A stretch of 64,000 nucleotides of DNA, from positions 883,949 to 947,948 of the forward strand of contig OZ287698.1 of assembly GCA_965649825.1 (NCBI GenBank). The letters run 5' to 3'. The DNA comes from Penicillus capitatus. Taxonomy: Eukaryota > Plantae > Chlorophyta. The notes under the pieces are model-generated. The model did not search any database, was not told the DNA's origin, and worked only from the letters and a program-made list of their open reading frames with translations. A program made the position numbers and the translations under genes. Position 1 is the stretch's first letter, and every line of letters starts with the position of its first letter. This document shows, piece by piece, positions 61,706 through 64,000 of the stretch.

Positions 61706-63117
61706 CTACACCGATTCGTGAAAGTAGAAAGCTAACAGACACCCGACGACGACTTGTATAACAAACAGTCCGACCAACACAGCCCGAGTGCTACAACACA
61801 CAATGTCAAATCTTCTCTACAGAACATCGCTCATCTTACTGCTTTCCAAACACTTTGATCTCTTCATAGAAGTTCATGAGCAGGAAAGCTGCTGAGAGCA
61901 TGGTCCCCGTGAACAGTGCCACAGCAGTCAAGACGTCCGATAGTTGGTCATTTTTGATTAACTGAAGAAAGATGACGATGACCAGCACAGGTAAGAACGG
62001 TGCCAGTCCATACCCTACATGCCATTCTATCATCATGAAATCTCATACCCACATCAGCCCTACCGTAAACACACCAGCTATGCGTCAGAGACATCTGTGA
62101 TCCATATCCTCTCAATGTCAAATGTAGCAACGCGCCCACTCCAAAGAGGTGAATGTAATACAGCAGTGCAGCTTTGCCAATCTACATCCGGATGAGATAT
62201 CATGCTGGAACGGGAGAGGAGTGACATACGATCTTGTAGTCTCCATCCCAGTCTTCATCATCCTTATCGCTTTGTCTGCAATGCACAGCTTCATGACAGA
62301 TGCAGGGTGAGATGATGAGCTGACTTATGATCTGTATACTCTCCTGCATTACTGCTTACGACGGTGATGAAGATCAGGGTCGTTGCAATCCAAAATGGTC
62401 CGTAACTAGAAAAGGCATCTCCCTTGCGATGCTCTTTTTCAGCACACTTCTCACAGGTCAGGATTTTCGCGACAGTCTTCAACAAAGTCACGTTTGAATG
62501 GCCCCTTCATGGCACTCAACAGCCTCGCCACAACTTCCTACCCACAGACATCCATCGACGACTCTCTCTTTTGAATACCAATCGACATTGACCACTTACC
62601 TTGTCGTCCACATTGAAGTACCGATGGAACATTTTGAGTGACCACATGCTCTGTCTTTCACCCTGTTGTTCGTCTGAATCGGCGGCACCAAGGCCTTGAC
62701 CGAATGTTGCATCTAGTATCTCTCACCCGTCTCGTCTGTCTGGGGTACTGGCGCCGTCCCGTCTGTCGGTTGAATCGTTCCCGTCGTAACAGGTGCCGCT
62801 GTCGACTCTGTGAAGTCGAGGACGACCTCTTCCTTAGGCTCGAGCCGCGACGCCCCTTCCATTTTCGGCGTCACGGCTGGCACGACGTTCTCTTCCGTCA
62901 CTTCCGGAATCGGAATCGATGTTGAAGGTTCTGCTGGAGGCGGTGGCGGTGGCGGCGCTGTCGTCTGCTGCAAGACTGGTGGAGGCGGTGGCTGGAAAGT
63001 GATTTCCGGTTCTTTGTCAAAATCTTCGTTGAATACGAGATCGCCTCCATCCTACACCGCACGGCGATCTATCCTCTGTCTCCCTTTATCGCGGCGCACT
63101 TTTTTCCCGCCAGACAT
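61706..63117 (-). CDS. YIPF1: YIP1-family protein (YIPF1/2-like), multi-exon
   Basis: Pro-rich N-terminus, YFNVDD, YGPFWIATTLIF, YG.APFLP, SAAFLLMNF and a last TM exon VLVGLFVIQVVVGCLLAFYF. Confidence 0.8.
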
Positions 63118-63217
63118 GATGTCGCTCAGTGTGGATGACGGAGGTCTGTCAACAAAGTGTACGACACCGTTCGCTCTCTAGCAGCAGTGCTTGTGGACGA
63201 CGGCGACGGCGACGATC

Positions 63218-64000
63218 ATGTTTGGCCGCGAAGCGACTCGACGCGTCGTTCTCGGACCGATTTCCCGCTATTCTTTCTTGACGCGATGGGAGACGTTCGT
63301 CACGACGACGCAGCCAACGCGACAGGACGCCATGACGGCGACGCCGAGTTGGGGGTCGCGCGGAGGAATCCTTTCCGTGCTTGGTTTCACGAACACGTCT
63401 GTGGGGACGGTGCCCATGACGGATCCCTTCCCTGGGACAGTCGAACCGCACCGCATCCCTCCATTTAAAGAACCCGCCAAAACGCAGTTGACGACGCTGG
63501 CCAATGGCTTCCGTGTGGCATCTGAAGACATTTGGGTCCGTCGCGAGGCATCTCCATCACGATCGACGTCTTTGTGTGTCCAGGGAGCGACGTCCGGAAT
63601 CGGACTCGCCGTCGCATCGGGAAGCCAGAATGAAAGCCAAACAACGTCAGGGGCTTCGCATTTTCTTGAGTACATGGCCTTTCGTGGGTCCCATCATCGC
63701 ACACACTTTCGCATCATGCAAGAGTTGAATGGTTATGGAGCGCATACAGCAGTGAGTGCATCGAGGGAGCAGATGTACTATTCCGTCGAGTGTCTCAAAT
63801 CGGATACAGCCGCCGCAGTGGAAGTGCTGTGCGATGCCGTGATGAATCCAAAATTCAATCCATGGGAAGTGGAAGAGGTGCAAGCATTGCTGAAATCGGA
63901 TCTCGACGAATTGAAGAAGAATCCTCAGTCTTCACTGGGAGAGCTTCTGATTGGAGCAGTGTATCAAGGCGGATTGGGTCGTCCCCTCATCGGCCCTGCG
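63218..64000 (+). CDS. PMPCA: Mitochondrial processing peptidase alpha subunit (M16 family), runs off the window; one apparent +1 frameshift
   Basis: Presequence-like leader, TTLANGFRVASE, GS.NE...GASHFLEYMAF, RTHFRI, SASREQMYY and VEVLCDAVMNPKFNPWEVEE. Confidence 0.85.
   Translation, partial: MFGREATRRVVLGPISRYSFLTRWETFVTTTQPTRQDAMTATPSWGSRGGILSVLGFTNTSVGTVPMTDPFPGTVEPHRIPPFKEPAKTQLTTLANGFRVASEDIWVRREASPSRSTSLCVQGATSGIGLAVASGSQNESQTTSGASHFLEYMAFRGSHHRTHFRIMQELNGYGAHTAVSASREQMYYSVECLKSDTAAAVEVLCDAVMNPKFNPWEVEEVQALLKSDLDELKKNPQSSLGELLIGAVYQGGLGRPLIGPA

Overview
Eukaryotic nuclear DNA, about 50% GC, gene-dense, with many short (~45-60 nt) GT-AG introns and the standard genetic code. The gene content (BBS8, RabE-type Rab, plant-type MPP-alpha and LRR receptor-like protein, mTERF) suggests a flagellate-stage green alga, but that placement is an inference. 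Intact-looking genes are a PMP-repeat/Cys-rich multi-TM receptor, BBS8, a golgin-like coiled-coil protein, an mTERF-like protein, a Patched/NPC1-like protein, Sec1/Munc18, a ZFC3H1-like protein, an LRR receptor-like protein and YIPF1/2; MPP-alpha carries one apparent frameshift. These are interleaved with decayed housekeeping genes (Rab8/RabE, purH, LIG1, an FF-domain gene, histone H3, RPA2, an NT-C2 gene). The window also holds six copies of a small secreted tandem-PAN/Apple gene family, a ~3.8-kb segmental duplication, a young Gag-only LTR element and a tRNA-like insert in a dispersed repeat. The standout is a ~2000-aa NLR-like NACHT protein ending in 21 exact 111-bp HEAT repeats, whose variation is confined to a few discrete, reshuffled cassettes on the predicted ligand-facing helix. 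This is a candidate recombination-diversified algal immune receptor. Exon boundaries were read by eye, so multi-exon gene coordinates are approximate.
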